Shown in pieces: positions 20,729 through 30,937 of a DNA stretch of 35,846 nucleotides (the stretch's first letter is position 1; every line of letters starts with the position of its first letter). The notes below the pieces were generated by a model. The model searched no databases. It worked only from the letters and a program-made list of their open reading frames with translations, and had not been told where the DNA came from. The position numbers and the translations under genes were made by a program. Origin of the DNA: Catajapyx aquilonaris. Its lineage: Eukaryota. The DNA is taken from positions 1-35,846 of the forward strand of contig JYFJ02003992.1 in assembly GCA_000934665.2 (NCBI GenBank). The letters run 5' to 3'.

Positions 20729-23574
20729 GTAGCACTAGTTATGGCTTTTTGCCATGATGGATGAAATATTTTAATGGTGGTTTTCGTAATGTAATAATAA
20801 AGGCAACGGATTTCTTAGAGTGAACAGACACGCCCCCCCGGGCGAACCAATGGGGTCGCCTGTATGACCGTGCGTCACAGTGAGGTTGCCAGGTGAAATA
20901 TAATAAATATAATAATTGACGGTGTATTTTAAAAAGGAATTCGACCGATATCAATTATTTGGTTCTGACATAATTTATGAACACTAAATCATTATTTAGA
21001 ATAGCGTTATTAGTTACTAACGCGAAAAATTAAAATCAGCAACGTTGCCACATGGGGACTACTTTCAAGGCGAGAGACAAAAGAGCATCGGGATCCGTGC
21101 CCGCGTAATTTCGGAGCATTGTTCGAATCCAAGGCAACGGTGTTCGAATCTCTTCTTTTCACTTCTTTTCGGCGCGCATAAGCACCATCGGAGTAAGGTG
21201 TCCGGCTCTGGCGGAGGGATACATGTTGTTATGGTGCCAAAGTGTTGGGTAGGAGGGAGGAGAGAAGTTTGTTTGGGGGAGGGGGGCCATGGGCCCAGCA
21301 GTTCACTCTAAGAAATCCATTGCCTTTATATGTGAGGAATAACAAACCCGTGTATTCCTGGAGTTGTCAAAGCCAGATTTCAGGGTTGTAAATGCAATTT
21401 TAAATAATTGAAATAGTGTTATTTATAATTCCAAGCTCTACTTTCATGTGAGAATAAACAGATTTGTGAATTTCAAGGTGTAATTGAACAATTCTGGATA
21501 ATCAAGCTGAGTTTCACGTTTTCATCTGATGTTATTTATTAGGAGCAACTTCACCTAAAAATATACTGTGGCAGAGCCTAGATCCTAGAATTTCACTACT
21601 ACATAATTATACACATTATATGTACATAATTATGGGAATTGCCAATGATGTCACTCACATACTTCTGTGCACTTAACTCATAATTGGTTTTCAATCAACA
21701 TGGTTTTCTCTTGCCCTCAAAATGCAGCTGCAAGACACAACCTGGAAGAGCCACAGTCGGAGGTGGCAGCTTTAATCTCACATGCGACGCAGGAGAGGCT
21801 AAAAAACCTTGTTGCAAAACTTGCTGTGATAGCTGAACATAGGTTAGATGTAATCAAGGTGAGTGCCTTTCCAGACCATTATCCTGCCCATTTGTTATGC
21901 TTATAAGGGTTTATCTGAATGCACTTTATTTTAGAGCTATTACAGTATTACAGTATTAAATGTTACTGTGTCACCTGATTGGTAAAAGGATGGGTTTTTC
22001 ATATAAGGCATTGTCACATGGCCACTATTGTAGTGTTTGTTGTGGTCAGGTGGGACAGCATCCAACTTAGGTGGAAAACAATTAAGCTGTTTGCTTTACT
22101 CATAATGAAACATTATATTTGTAGTGGAATTGGTGAACAGGAAGGTACACGAGTGACTCAAATTCTTATGATCTTATGACCAGCTCGATCCCCGGTATGA
22201 AGTAACTCAAGATGTAAAAGGCCAGCTGAAGTTCCTGGAGGAGCTTGACAAGCTGGAAAAGAAGCGTCATGAGGAGCAAGAGAGGGAGATGCTACTTAGA
22301 GCAGCCAAAAGCAGGTCAAAGTCAGAAGATCCTGAACAGGCTAAGCTCAAGGCGAAAGCCAAGGAGGTTAGTTTGAAGAAAGTTGGAAGGTACGAGGTGG
22401 TGCTTAATTTCATTTCTTGTCATTGTTCAGATGCAAAGGGCAGAAATGGAGGAGTTGAGACAGAGGGAAGCCAATCTCACTGCCCTACAGGCCATTGGGC
22501 CGAGGAAGAAGCCTCGACTTGACCTGGCTGGTTCACCTGGGTCTATGGGGCAGGTCAGTCATAATTTTGAAAGATCTGTTTTTTTGGCACATTTCTGCAA
22601 ACTGTAAGGATTTATAAATTTTTTATTCATTGTCTCAATTAAGAACATGGAGTTTACAGAAAATAGGCACATGCCAGTATTACTACATTTTACCTGTTTC
22701 CTTGCCTGGCTTGCCTCATACAGGCATATTCAGGCGGGCCTTGTTAAGTTGGTTGCTGGTTACTGTTGCTGCCATTCCTTCTTGATCTTTAGAGATGCCC
22801 GCATGTCCGCCAGTAATTGATCTGCTGTTCTCTGTTAAGTGGTCTACCCGCAGTGGTATTAGGCTTAAGGATCTGCCAGTCAGTCGTGCAGGCTGATCAG
22901 TCCTTCGCCCCACTGAAGGACAGATCATCCGTTGCTGATTGGCAGATCCTTAAAACTAAGGCTAAGGCTCGAGATTTAAAAACCTGTTAACACCAGTCCT
23001 GCTAAAACCACACTATAGTGTGTGATGTCCCAGCAAGGTAGAATGAACTCAGGCCAGAGAGACCTGCATCCTGTACTCCTACTGACTGATCATTTGGAAA
23101 CCAACCAGAAACTAACAAAGAACCTTTTAGATAATTGTGGAACAACAACAGAACAGCCTACATTGATAGGTGTCCAGTGACCAGTCCCAAGGACGATGAT
23201 AGTAATGCCCCTATGGCCGTGTTTAGTTTTGTTTCTCTTGTTGATTTTTAAGTTTTAAATTTAGTTGCCTGAAGTTGCAATTAGCGGGATTTGCTAACAT
23301 TATAATGTTATTCTAGGGATCAACGAGCAACATGAGTGGTATGAACTCCTTGGCCAACAGGCCACAAGTGAGTTTGCATTTTGTCTTTTGAGTGCCCTCA
23401 TGTTGTGCTGTGATACTTGCCAATGCATACATATTGACTGCTTTTCTTGCAATATTCCAGCTCCCTCTAAGACCTCGGGTGAAGCGTGTAAACCTCAGAG
23501 ACCTTCTGTTTCTCATGGAGCAAGAAAAGGAGACCACGAGGAGCACGACTCTCTATCGAGGGTTCCTCAAGTGA
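2545..23574 (+). CDS. TAF4: Transcription initiation factor TFIID subunit 4, whole spliced gene: join(2545-3000,5284-5844,8026-8328,10908-11207,16071-16211,16281-16490,17080-17205,17299-17424,17501-17922,20140-20306,21728-21858,22184-22366,22431-22553,23317-23367,23461-23574), about 1137 aa
   Basis: N-terminus [31 protein letters not shown] resembles the vertebrate TAF4 N-terminus; TAFH domain ([12 protein letters not shown]...[21 protein letters not shown]); [18 protein letters not shown] motif; histone fold ([13 protein letters not shown]); C-terminal [14 protein letters not shown]. All junctions are GT-AG and reading phases join consistently. Confidence 0.95.
3206..3784. mobile_element. 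Possible decayed pogo/Tigger-like MITE
   Basis: CAGTGAAACCTG..GTAGCGGAA at the left end and TTCCGCTATA...CAGGTTTCTGTG at the right end; degenerate. Confidence 0.35.
4401..4436. repeat. (ATT)n microsatellite
   Basis: Direct reading of the sequence. Confidence 0.95.
4894..4962. repeat. Compound microsatellite (TTATTC)n/(TTG)n/(TTA)n
   Basis: Direct reading of the sequence. Confidence 0.85.
5284..5844 (+). CDS. TAF4: TAF4 coding exon 2 (T/A/G/Q-rich)
   Basis: Acceptor CCGCCAG|GCA, donor CAG|GTAATA, 561 nt open, phase 0/0; the polypyrimidine tract is weak, so the 5' boundary is less certain. Confidence 0.8.
6084..6845. mobile_element. Fold-back MITE (mariner-type ends), about 760 bp
   Basis: TA-CGTGGGTTG...CAACCCACG-TA; inverted arms of about 290 bp (e.g. 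ATGGTAACACATACAGAGATGACCTTTGCTGAGTTTTGAAGCTCCGGCGATTACAATTTGATCTGGCA mirrored exactly). Confidence 0.9.
6987..7550 (+). mobile_element. Mariner-derived fold-back element, copy 1 (transposase 3' remnant)
   Basis: TA-TGAGGGCCGTTCCAAAA...TTTTGGAATGGACCTTG-TA; 7255-7335 translates to [27 protein letters not shown] (mariner YSPDLAPxD motif); long inverted arms. Confidence 0.9.
8026..8328 (+). CDS. TAF4: TAF4 coding exon 3
   Basis: Acceptor TTTTTCACAG|ATG, donor GGG|GTGAGT; encodes [12 protein letters not shown]...TLAPRVVI; 303 nt. Confidence 0.88.
8471..8650. mobile_element. Old MITE remnant with a CACCCTG-TA end
   Basis: Degenerate inverted repeat 8471-8517 / 8574-8619 and right terminus CACCCTGTA; left terminus eroded. 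Confidence 0.45.
10908..11207 (+). CDS. TAF4: TAF4 coding exon 4
   Basis: Acceptor CTCCTTTCAG|CAA, donor GCT|GTAAGT; encodes [15 protein letters not shown] plus a PQ repeat; 300 nt. Confidence 0.88.
12114..12508. mobile_element. Tc1-like MITE (CAGT termini), 395 bp
   Basis: TA-CAGTACCCCTCATAAAGAATGGTACG...CGTACCATTCTTTATGAGCGGGACTG-TA. Confidence 0.85.
12615..13496 (-). mobile_element. Mariner-derived fold-back element, copy 2 (interrupted by a SINE)
   Basis: TA-TGAGGGCCC...GGACCTCA-TA; minus strand 12870-12932 gives [21 protein letters not shown]; homologous to 6987-7550 in opposite orientation. Confidence 0.88.
13006..13282 (+). mobile_element. tRNA-derived SINE with a Nin/Deu-like central domain
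   Basis: A box TGGTCTGGTGG (13016-13026), B box GGTTCGAACCC (13059-13069), 14-bp target-site duplication AGTTGTTGACTGTG (12992-13005 and 13283-13296). Confidence 0.9.
14388..14909. mobile_element. Fold-back MITE (Tc1/mariner-type), 522 bp
   Basis: TA-CAGGGTGATTCTCTCGAATG...CATTCGAGAGAATCACCCTG-TA; highly similar arms of about 190 bp plus a degenerate inner palindrome. Confidence 0.92.
14931..15063 (-). mobile_element. Decayed RTE-type LINE 5' region (or RTE-derived SINE) fragment
   Basis: Minus strand CGCCACCTTGACGTGGTGGAAAGGCTT...GGCAAGGTCACCAGCTGGCAAGGTC...GCAAAGAG resembles, from memory, the RTE/BovB 5' UTR layout. Confidence 0.45.
15453..15579. mobile_element. Small MITE, PIF/Harbinger-like, 127 bp
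   Basis: 39-bp perfect TIR TGCCTGGTTGCACCAACAAAATTACCGGTCCGATAGCTC, flanked by TAA on both sides. Confidence 0.85.
16071..16211 (+). CDS. TAF4: TAF4 coding exon 5 (3' end could be 16199 instead)
   Basis: Pyrimidine tract then GATAG|AGT; open frame [20 protein letters not shown]...QVAQL; two in-phase donors (GT at 16200 or 16212). Confidence 0.7.
16281..16490 (+). CDS. TAF4: TAF4 coding exon 6, TAFH/NHR1 domain
   Basis: TTCAG|ATG to [79 protein letters not shown]. Confidence 0.95.
17080..17205 (+). CDS. TAF4: TAF4 coding exon 7 (end of TAFH domain)
   Basis: TTTTGCAG|AAG to [35 protein letters not shown] continues the TAFH domain. Confidence 0.92.
17299..17424 (+). CDS. TAF4: TAF4 coding exon 8
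   Basis: Tandem CAGCAG acceptor, donor ACT|GTGAGT, 126 nt, [18 protein letters not shown]... Confidence 0.8.
17501..17922 (+). CDS. TAF4: TAF4 coding exon 9 (Ala-rich)
   Basis: CATCAG|CCG to TACAG|GTGTGC; ends in phase 2, matching the next exon (AG+T = Ser). Confidence 0.85.
18466..18712. mobile_element. MITE, 247 bp
   Basis: TIR CTGGAGCCTCATGTAAAAACCATGTA / TACATGGTTTTTACATGAGGCTCCAG; CATA on both flanks. Confidence 0.8.
20140..20306 (+). CDS. TAF4: TAF4 coding exon 10
   Basis: CTCCTCAG|T to [50 protein letters not shown]. Confidence 0.95.
20357..20649. repeat. Long hairpin (about 290 bp), probably the core of a fold-back element
   Basis: Arms such as TGCTTACCGACTCCGAGTCAACGGAAATCTGC and CTGGAACCTTCCACTCTTCCTGTTTCCATGGA are mirrored; loop about 20 nt; no clear TSD. 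Confidence 0.85.
20670..20725. repeat. (GA)n microsatellite
   Basis: Direct reading of the sequence. Confidence 0.98.
20800..21326. mobile_element. TA-flanked MITE, 527 bp
   Basis: TA-AAGGCAACGGATTTCTTAGAGTGAAC...GTTCACTCTAAGAAATCCATTGCCTT-TA (26-bp TIR, one mismatch); CpG-rich interior. Confidence 0.8.
21728..21858 (+). CDS. TAF4: TAF4 coding exon 11, histone fold
   Basis: ATGCAG|CT to [37 protein letters not shown]. Confidence 0.95.
22184..22366 (+). CDS. TAF4: TAF4 coding exon 12
   Basis: GACCAG|CTC to [70 protein letters not shown]. Confidence 0.95.
22431..22553 (+). CDS. TAF4: TAF4 coding exon 13
   Basis: GTTCAG|ATG to [39 protein letters not shown]. Confidence 0.95.
22869..22949. 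repeat. 81-nt hairpin flanked by TTAA
   Basis: TTAA-GGATCTGCCAGTCAG...TGATCAGTCCTTC-loop-GAAGGACAGATCA...CTGATTGGCAGATCC-TTAA. Confidence 0.7.
23317..23367 (+). CDS. TAF4: TAF4 coding exon 14 (51 nt)
   Basis: TTCTAG|GGA to [26 protein letters not shown], phase 0/0. Confidence 0.8.
23461..23574 (+). CDS. TAF4: TAF4 terminal coding exon
   Basis: [46 protein letters not shown], conserved TAF4 C-terminus. Confidence 0.95.
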   Translation, partial: LPLRPRVKRVNLRDLLFLMEQEKETTRSTTLYRGFLK

Positions 23575-24000
23575 AAATAACCCCACCCCAACACTTGCAG
23601 CAGTGCAAACTGATGCAAAGAAAGGACATTTTATGCACTCGGTGGGTCAGTACATTTCTCCCTCATTTCCTGTTCTATTCATTTAGGTCCCAGATCTACC
23701 TTCCCCATCATGATAACGTCACAAAGATTCATTTTCCCTCCCTACCCCTATTCCCTCACTATTATATTTTTTCTACCCCTCTTCCCCACCCCATGTTTTT
23801 TCACTATATCTTCTTGACGAAAGGGGGCTTTTCCCAGTGTGGGGTGGGGGAATTGTAAATAATTTCAAATATTGCAATAGATGCTGAAAGGCAAAAACCA
23901 GAGAATCTTGTTTTTTGGGGTCGTTTTCAACATCGCAGAAATGGGTATCAGTTTTTTTGAAGCTGCATAATTTTTATCTACTGTTATTATATAGTATACA

Positions 24001-24006
24001 AATAAA
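24001..24006 (+). terminator. Candidate TAF4 polyadenylation signal
   Basis: AATAAA about 430 nt after the stop, followed by a T-rich downstream element. Confidence 0.45.
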
Positions 24007-24161
24007 CATTTGAACAAGTGTAGTCCTTTTTTTTCCTTGAGGAATTCTGTTATGCACATCTGGAAATGTATTTTGATAATGTAGATATGAATATAAATGT
24101 CCTTTTAAAACACTGAGACCTTTTTATTCACAAGTGTGGTGGGATGTTGATAGCTGTATAC

Positions 24162-24312
24162 TGGTATCAACAGTGCAAAAAGAACTTTCCCAGTCATCCT
24201 GACGTGTGGGCAGGCCGCTTGACACACACCATGTAAGTTACATGGTGTGTGTTGAGCGGGCAGCACACACATCAGGATGACTGGGAAAGTTCTTTTTGGA
24301 CTGATGATACCA
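24162..24312. repeat. 151-bp palindrome centred on G24237
   Basis: 75-bp arms, no indels, about 8 mismatches, single central base (CATGTAA-G-TTACATG). Confidence 0.9.
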
Positions 24313-27300
24313 AGGAAAATTGAGGACTTGAAAGAGTTTTTTGGATTATCTCGGGGTGCTAGGCCAGGGATTTTCTCATGGCAGTGTCTAGGGATACCAT
24401 TGGGTGGAAAGGGTTTATTGGTGCAACTTTAATTGGTCAGATTTATCTATTTGTTTATCACGTAAAATCAAGTAAACTGCCAATCTCTGTTTAGGCAACC
24501 TGAACTGTGCACTTTGCTAAAATTCCATTAGCGATACTCTGCATTTACTGAGATCTACCAGATGTGATCTACCAGAAATTTAAAACTGAAATGTGGGCAG
24601 TTCACTAACGTTGTAAGATAATCAAGTCCGACAATCAAGCCTGGGGGTTATCAATTAACATGCATTGTGAAGAAAGGATTGCTTCTAACAAATGCAATAG
24701 TATTAGTGATAATGCTGTTGTTATTTTTGCAGCAGTTCTTACTTTTACATGTTAAGAAGCGGGCTACTATGACTAAACCTTACTTGACACCATTAGATGT
24801 GGATATTAGAATATATCATTACTGTGCTGGTTGTATGAACATGAGTCAAGGTTAGCTACAAGCTTACTATATGTAAACAAGAGCTAACTCCACAGATAAC
24901 CATAACTCACACAGAACCAGCCCTAAGTGATGATCAATACTAATATTCTTGCTGTGATTTTTATATGTCAATTGCATGGCTTTTACAGTGTTGATGTAGT
25001 GAGAGCAGCTGTATAAGTTTTGTTGTGATGTGCTTTGCCTACCAGTGAAGTACTAAGTGGAAATCTGTGTGTTCACATGCATTCAGGGTATTCATGTAGT
25101 AGTAGAGGAGGGATCATGAGTTGGATTTGTTTGCATTTCAGGAAGGAGACCAAAGTTTGGAGTTTTGAGGCTGTGAAGAGAAGAGCAGTTGGAAGAAAGC
25201 AGAAGGACTTTGGATAAGTCATCCGCTACTGGTGCTCCTTTATAATTACCTCATTAATGACGTATGGGGAGGGTGGGAAACCTTGGAGATTACAGAGTTA
25301 TGTAAAGATTAGCCTCTGTCTCTTCAGCTTAATCATGTTCAACATTGTTTTGCCTGGAAATTTTTGAGTGATCCAATATTGCATAAGCAACATTGATAAG
25401 CAAAACTTCATAACAGTGGTTGTTATTGTAGCGACCCTGCAGGAGAGTTTGGAACAGGATGGGGGAAGTGGATGATAATGACTTTCTAATGTGTCCTCGA
25501 TGGCTCTTCTCTATTCTCTCTGACTGGAGCCCACAGCTTGACAGCCACACACACACAGTCTATGCACACATTTAACATCTGGTACACACTCTCCCTGGAA
25601 AAAATTTTCGCCCCAAAGTGTCCCCTCTCCCCAGAAAAGGTTTCACTCAGATCAAAAGAAAGTGAGCGAATCAATGAGCCAACAATAGGACACAGCCCTT
25701 GTTCCACCACCCCATCCTTACATCTGGATTACTCCTAACAATGGTTGGCAATGTGTTCTGTATGAAGATGTTTGAAATATGCACACAAAAAAGCACATCA
25801 TAGAAGTACAAATTCCTCATGTGAGAAGAATTTGCTCCCTTTTGTTGAACATGAAGGAGTTTTAATTTCTGTTAATTGTGGGATACATGTAATTTTTAGA
25901 TCTTTTACTCCTGAAATGGCTAATATGCACACAATAATGGTATGCAAAGAGCAGCAAATGTGCACTGCTTAAAAGGTTGACTTTTGCCAGTGACACGAGT
26001 AATTGGAATGCCGTTGACAGCCATGCTGTGTATATGTCTGTATTCATAGTGATGCCTGATGACTACCATTTACATGCTGTAGTGCCACATAACCTCCAAT
26101 CTCCCAACATATGCCAGTCATCTGTAAATATATCCACGTAGAATATTTGCATCTCATTACCATTTGTATATAAATCCACATGTAATGTAAGAAGAGAGTA
26201 GAAGCAACCAAATAATGTAACAAAATCGCTCCAAACAAGCTTTGATTCTAACAGTAGCAGAGAAAAGTGTGTAGCAATCACCTGCAAGCTTGATGGAGGG
26301 AACAAAATAATAATACTGTATTTTGTATATTTTTTGGGATTCCTTTACATAACAAAGGCAGTGCACCTAAGTAAATAAATGCAAAACGAAACAAAAAACG
26401 AAAAAAAAAACAATGCATTGTTGATGAATCGTAAAGTACTGTCATTTCTTGGTGCATGAAATCATGAATATTGGTATGTAGTGTGTAAGTGTGAAAATGA
26501 TGAACGCATGAGAAGCTGTGTGGGTATTTCTGAAAGCTTGAAGAACAACAGGATAGGAAGTTCTTACTTCATTATTGGTGTCAGTCCTTCTCATTATTGA
26601 CCGTGGCTAATTATATGCCACATGTTGGGTGCCTTGTGATGCTGCTACACTATGACATATGCATTGTACCCTACATAGTACAAGTGCAGAGCAATTGTGA
26701 TGCAAAAAAGTTCTTGATGGTTCTTCCCATGCATTTGCTGCTGTTTTATAGTCTTGACAAATTCAGAAAAAAATATAAGTTGGTGACTTGAAAGGCACCT
26801 GTACAATATTAACGGTGAAATAATGATGATTTTTAATGGAAGTGATGAGTGTAATAGGTTTTATTTATTAGTAATGGCAAGTACTTCAGTTCAAAATAAT
26901 GTGTGTTGGAGACTGTCCATCAAGAAGAACTTCCCCCCTTTTTTTTGTTTGTCTGTTTCTGTTAGTCACTGTTTATTTAAATATTATTGCCATTATCATA
27001 TACTGCAAAGTTATATTCTGGGAACATTAAAAAAAGTTGTGAGCCTCCTTAATTAATCTAGTTGTTTCAATCAACCATTACTTAAGTTTATCAAACCTTT
27101 TGGCTAACAGCTGGGAATAACTATTATGATTTGATATTGAAAGATTTGGGCAGTGACATTGACAAGATAATTATTTTTCCCTAGACATCCAAAATGTCAA
27201 CTACCCATCTGTAACTGACACATCCCAATAAATTTGCTAGAGAGAGAGAGGTTTGTGAATATGAAATTATACGCCAAATTATACACATTATTAATATTAG

Positions 27301-30300
27301 TTTTTTAAATAGATAAAATGATGTAAAAAGATTTTTAAATATGTTATGCAGTATCTTGCAACTTTATTGCAAATGTTGCAATTATTGTAGATCAACAAAC
27401 TAAAGACTATTGCATTTGCTACCGGGATGAATAATTACTACCGCTGCATCATTCAGAATCAGAAAATAATATTTCTAGTCGAGAAGTTTAGTTTTCTCTA
27501 TGAAGTGTTACTTCATGTAATAATTATTATTTGCTAGTGCCTAGTTCTTAATCATATGTGCAGGCATATGATTTTTTGCATGCCAGCTCCTCTCGCCCTT
27601 CCCAGAAAGTCTAATTATTATTTTCGCAATAACAAGTATACTGCAATAACTAACTTTCCCCCTCCAGCCGAGGACATCCGGCAAGAAGACTCATAATTAA
27701 TCTAAGAGTAAGAACAGGGCAGTTAATATTTCTCACTCCTGATGCTACACACGAGGAATTTATGTAAATTGGGTTACGTTCATTGAAGATATAAATAAAG
27801 TCAATTAATGGTGGTGCCAGGCTCCTATACGTGTCACTGGAGGAATCTCGTCGTGTGTGGTCCTCACTTTGAGTGTCAGCTGATTGTGTCGGGTGCGGTC
27901 GGATGGGTGTGTGCATATGTGAGGAGGAGCAAGAAAAATGAGAGGAGGGGGGGGGGGGGTACAAAAATGCTCCTGGGGGCGAAAGGACAAAACGAGAGGA
28001 GGGCCTAGGGGGCCAGTTGTCATGGAGACGGCCAACTCAATTTCTTCTAGATGGAAGCAATTGGAAGGCGCCTGGAGGGATGGCGGCCCAATCACGGACG
28101 CCTTCCCGCAGGCTCCTTATTCCCTGCAACCCCTTTTATTCTAGCCCTTGCCTTCCCTCCCTTTCCTTCCTCTCTCCATGCCACCACTATATACATTACA
28201 TGGGCCCTGGAAACTATCGCGCCCGCCTCTGGCCAAACAATCATTATTATCACCCTGAGTCGCAAGAAAAGAGCTCCAGGGTGCCCCTGGCTCTCTAGGA
28301 AGGTTTGGACGGTGTAGGAGAGACCTTGAGGTACAATACCATATGTGACCACAGTCCTATATGAAACAGTGTCGCTATTAGTCAGACATTAAGCTGGTTA
28401 AGACCACCTGTGAGGTCCGGAGTTCGATCCTTAGATCGAGAATAGGATGCGGGGAAAAAATAGAAAATGTGAGGGTAATGCTGCATCGACATGGGCCTGT
28501 TGTTTGTTTCCTAGAGGCCTGAGAGAGAGGGGGGGAAAAAAGAGGGCAAATGGAGGTTGCAGGGCATAGGGAGGTGGATAGTAGGGGGGGGGGGGGGGGA
28601 AGAGAGATTTGGCCAAATCCAATTTTGGCGGCGCGTTTTTCTGGAGGAGTCGGGGCGAGCGAGGCGAGGTTTGGCCCCGAGGCCATATTGAGCCCCAGGG
28701 CGGGGGTTGTGATGAAAGGGTGGGCGGAAAAGAGGAGGANGGGGGGGGGGTTTCCTCCCACCACCCACTACACCCTGAGGCCTTCTTGGATATTAAATCG
28801 ATGGACCTGCCTCCACTTGGCAGAGGAACCAAATGGAACAACTCCACCCAACCACCCACCTAAAATAATAAGCTCCATGACAAGTCCTTCCTGTCATCTC
28901 ATTTTTGTTTAGTGTCGCTGTTTAGTCTTCCAGCAGAACAAATCAAGGTGCCGGCGGGGGTCATACAGTATGTACAATAACTTGCTTGTATTACGGATGG
29001 TGGAATGGAAGGAAAAGGGGGCCAAAAGCTGCCTACCTTTAAAAAAAAGAAAAGGCGAGAAATTGATTAAAAATATTTTAATGAGATAGGTACATGAACT
29101 TTTTTTTAGTATGGCACAATTTGGCACGCGCTTTCATACATTAATATTATGATCATCATCGCCATATCGTAACAGTAATCATCAGTCCTCCATATACAAA
29201 ACAATGTAAAGAAACAACAATATTGGATCGTGTTATGTGGGGGAATTACATAATATTTACGTTCGGCAGGGGAAAAACATAACATTCAGATTGAACTGGT
29301 GAAGCACCGTAGTGATGACCACGAATGTGTTGTTGGCACATGGAAATATGATACAATATAGGTGTGTAAAACCTGACTCGCTGAGAATTCGAGATGTACT
29401 GATCATCTTGTAGGTGGATGGAAGGAGGAGGAGGAGAGAAAAATAATCCAACTGGACACACATGTTCTTCTCAAAAAAGGAAGGGGGAAAAAACACTTGA
29501 GCGCCCACTGTTCACGTATGTCACAATTAAACCATACAATCCGTCATTAACAGGTAGCTACTAGGTTGCAAAAGATTGCGTCTCCAGTTTTCTCCACCAG
29601 GATACATCTCGCAACACTTAGAGTACGGGCACAATAGAAACGAGTTTTGTAAATGTTATGTGCAAAGTTTGATATAACACTGGACATGCTCTCTAATAAA
29701 TGCGAATTATTAAGGGGTACAGTGAATAATTGGAAAGACGCTTAATCCCAGTGAAGAAAACCCCGGATCATCTTTTGAGATGAGATCTTGATTGGTTGCA
29801 CCAAGTAGAGCAGAATCAGCACGTCACTGTTACAGGTCCACAACTTGTAACGATGTAAAAATATTGTTGTCAATATTGTATTACTGCGAGATATTCTTCG
29901 ATCAAGTATTCCTATTTTGTAGTTTTGGTCCTGCGGCACAAAAGTGAGAGTGTGCACTCTGACAAATCAAGTACATGCTACGTAAATACAGATGCGAGTA
30001 ATTTTTTAATTGAATGAGAATGAGTTGCCTTTTTGTGTCGTTAATGAAGTGATAAGGAAAGACTAAATATTTTTTTTAAATCCACTGAATATATCTAGGA
30101 ATGTTTTGCGATGCAACTAGTAAAAAGAGGCAGGTCTAAAGGTGAAAAGTGGTTTTAAATTGTTAACACATTATCCGCTCGATGTATTCAAGCCAGATAT
30201 TTTTCTCCTTCTTCACAGAGTGATAGAAAAATATGTACAAAGGTAATTTCTGTATGGAAATAATGACAAGAAAAACAAGTTTAGAATCGTATGAAGTAGT

Positions 30301-30700
30301 AAGGAATCCAAACTACAAAGGACTGCAATAAAAAGCTGATGATAATTTTTTTCTCTCTCATCAAATAGAATCGAAGTGCTCAATGGAAATGGAAGTCTGG
30401 GGGGTGAGATTGCAGAACCTCATGGTCATTACTGACTAGTACACAACTTGTATTCTGCAAACTGTCCATTTGAACACCCCCATCCCACCCCAGTTGCCTG
30501 TCATTGGCGAGATTTTTTGTACAAATATTTTTATGGCACTTAACATGGATTTCACATTTAAGTGAAGTCAAACGTCCCAACGATGACCTGGCCGTCACGC
30601 AGAATATTAGCAAAAAGACATATAACGAGATTCGAGAAAAGAGGATGTGTGGTGGTGGGGGGTGAAGGAAGATCCCGCACTTTGTGAGGGTACCGGGTGA

Positions 30701-30937
30701 CTACATGGGAGGAGCAGACTTTCGAATGAAGAGGTACTCCGAGAACTGCTGTCCCTCGACGCCACCTCCGTTGCTGGCTCCGATGCGGAAGCCCGAGTTG
30801 AGCAGGCGAGCTATGGCCTGGACCGAGTTGAGCTTGCAGTACCCGTTCAGTGGGAAGCGGATCACATGCCGCGCGTCGTTGTTCCACGCCACGCTCGAAC
30901 GCGCGTCCATCAGCACCTGGCTCGTCTCGGGAAACAC
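30701..30937 (-). CDS. KCTD15: KCTD1/15-like terminal coding exon
   Basis: Acceptor CTCCTCAG|GTG; VFPETSQVLMDAR...FSEYLFIRKSAPPM-stop. Confidence 0.92.
   Translation of the reverse strand: MFPETSQVLMDARSSVAWNNDARHVIRFPLNGYCKLNSVQAIARLLNSGFRIGASNGGGVEGQQFSEYLFIRKSAPPM

Noticed and set aside
23021..23090. C/D box snoRNA in TAF4 intron 13
   Set aside because: Non-canonical C box (GTGATGT), weak terminal stem and no recognisable guide.
28378..28440. tRNA or SINE head around GAGTTCGATCC
   Set aside because: B-box-like motif only; no well-spaced A box, cloverleaf or TSD.
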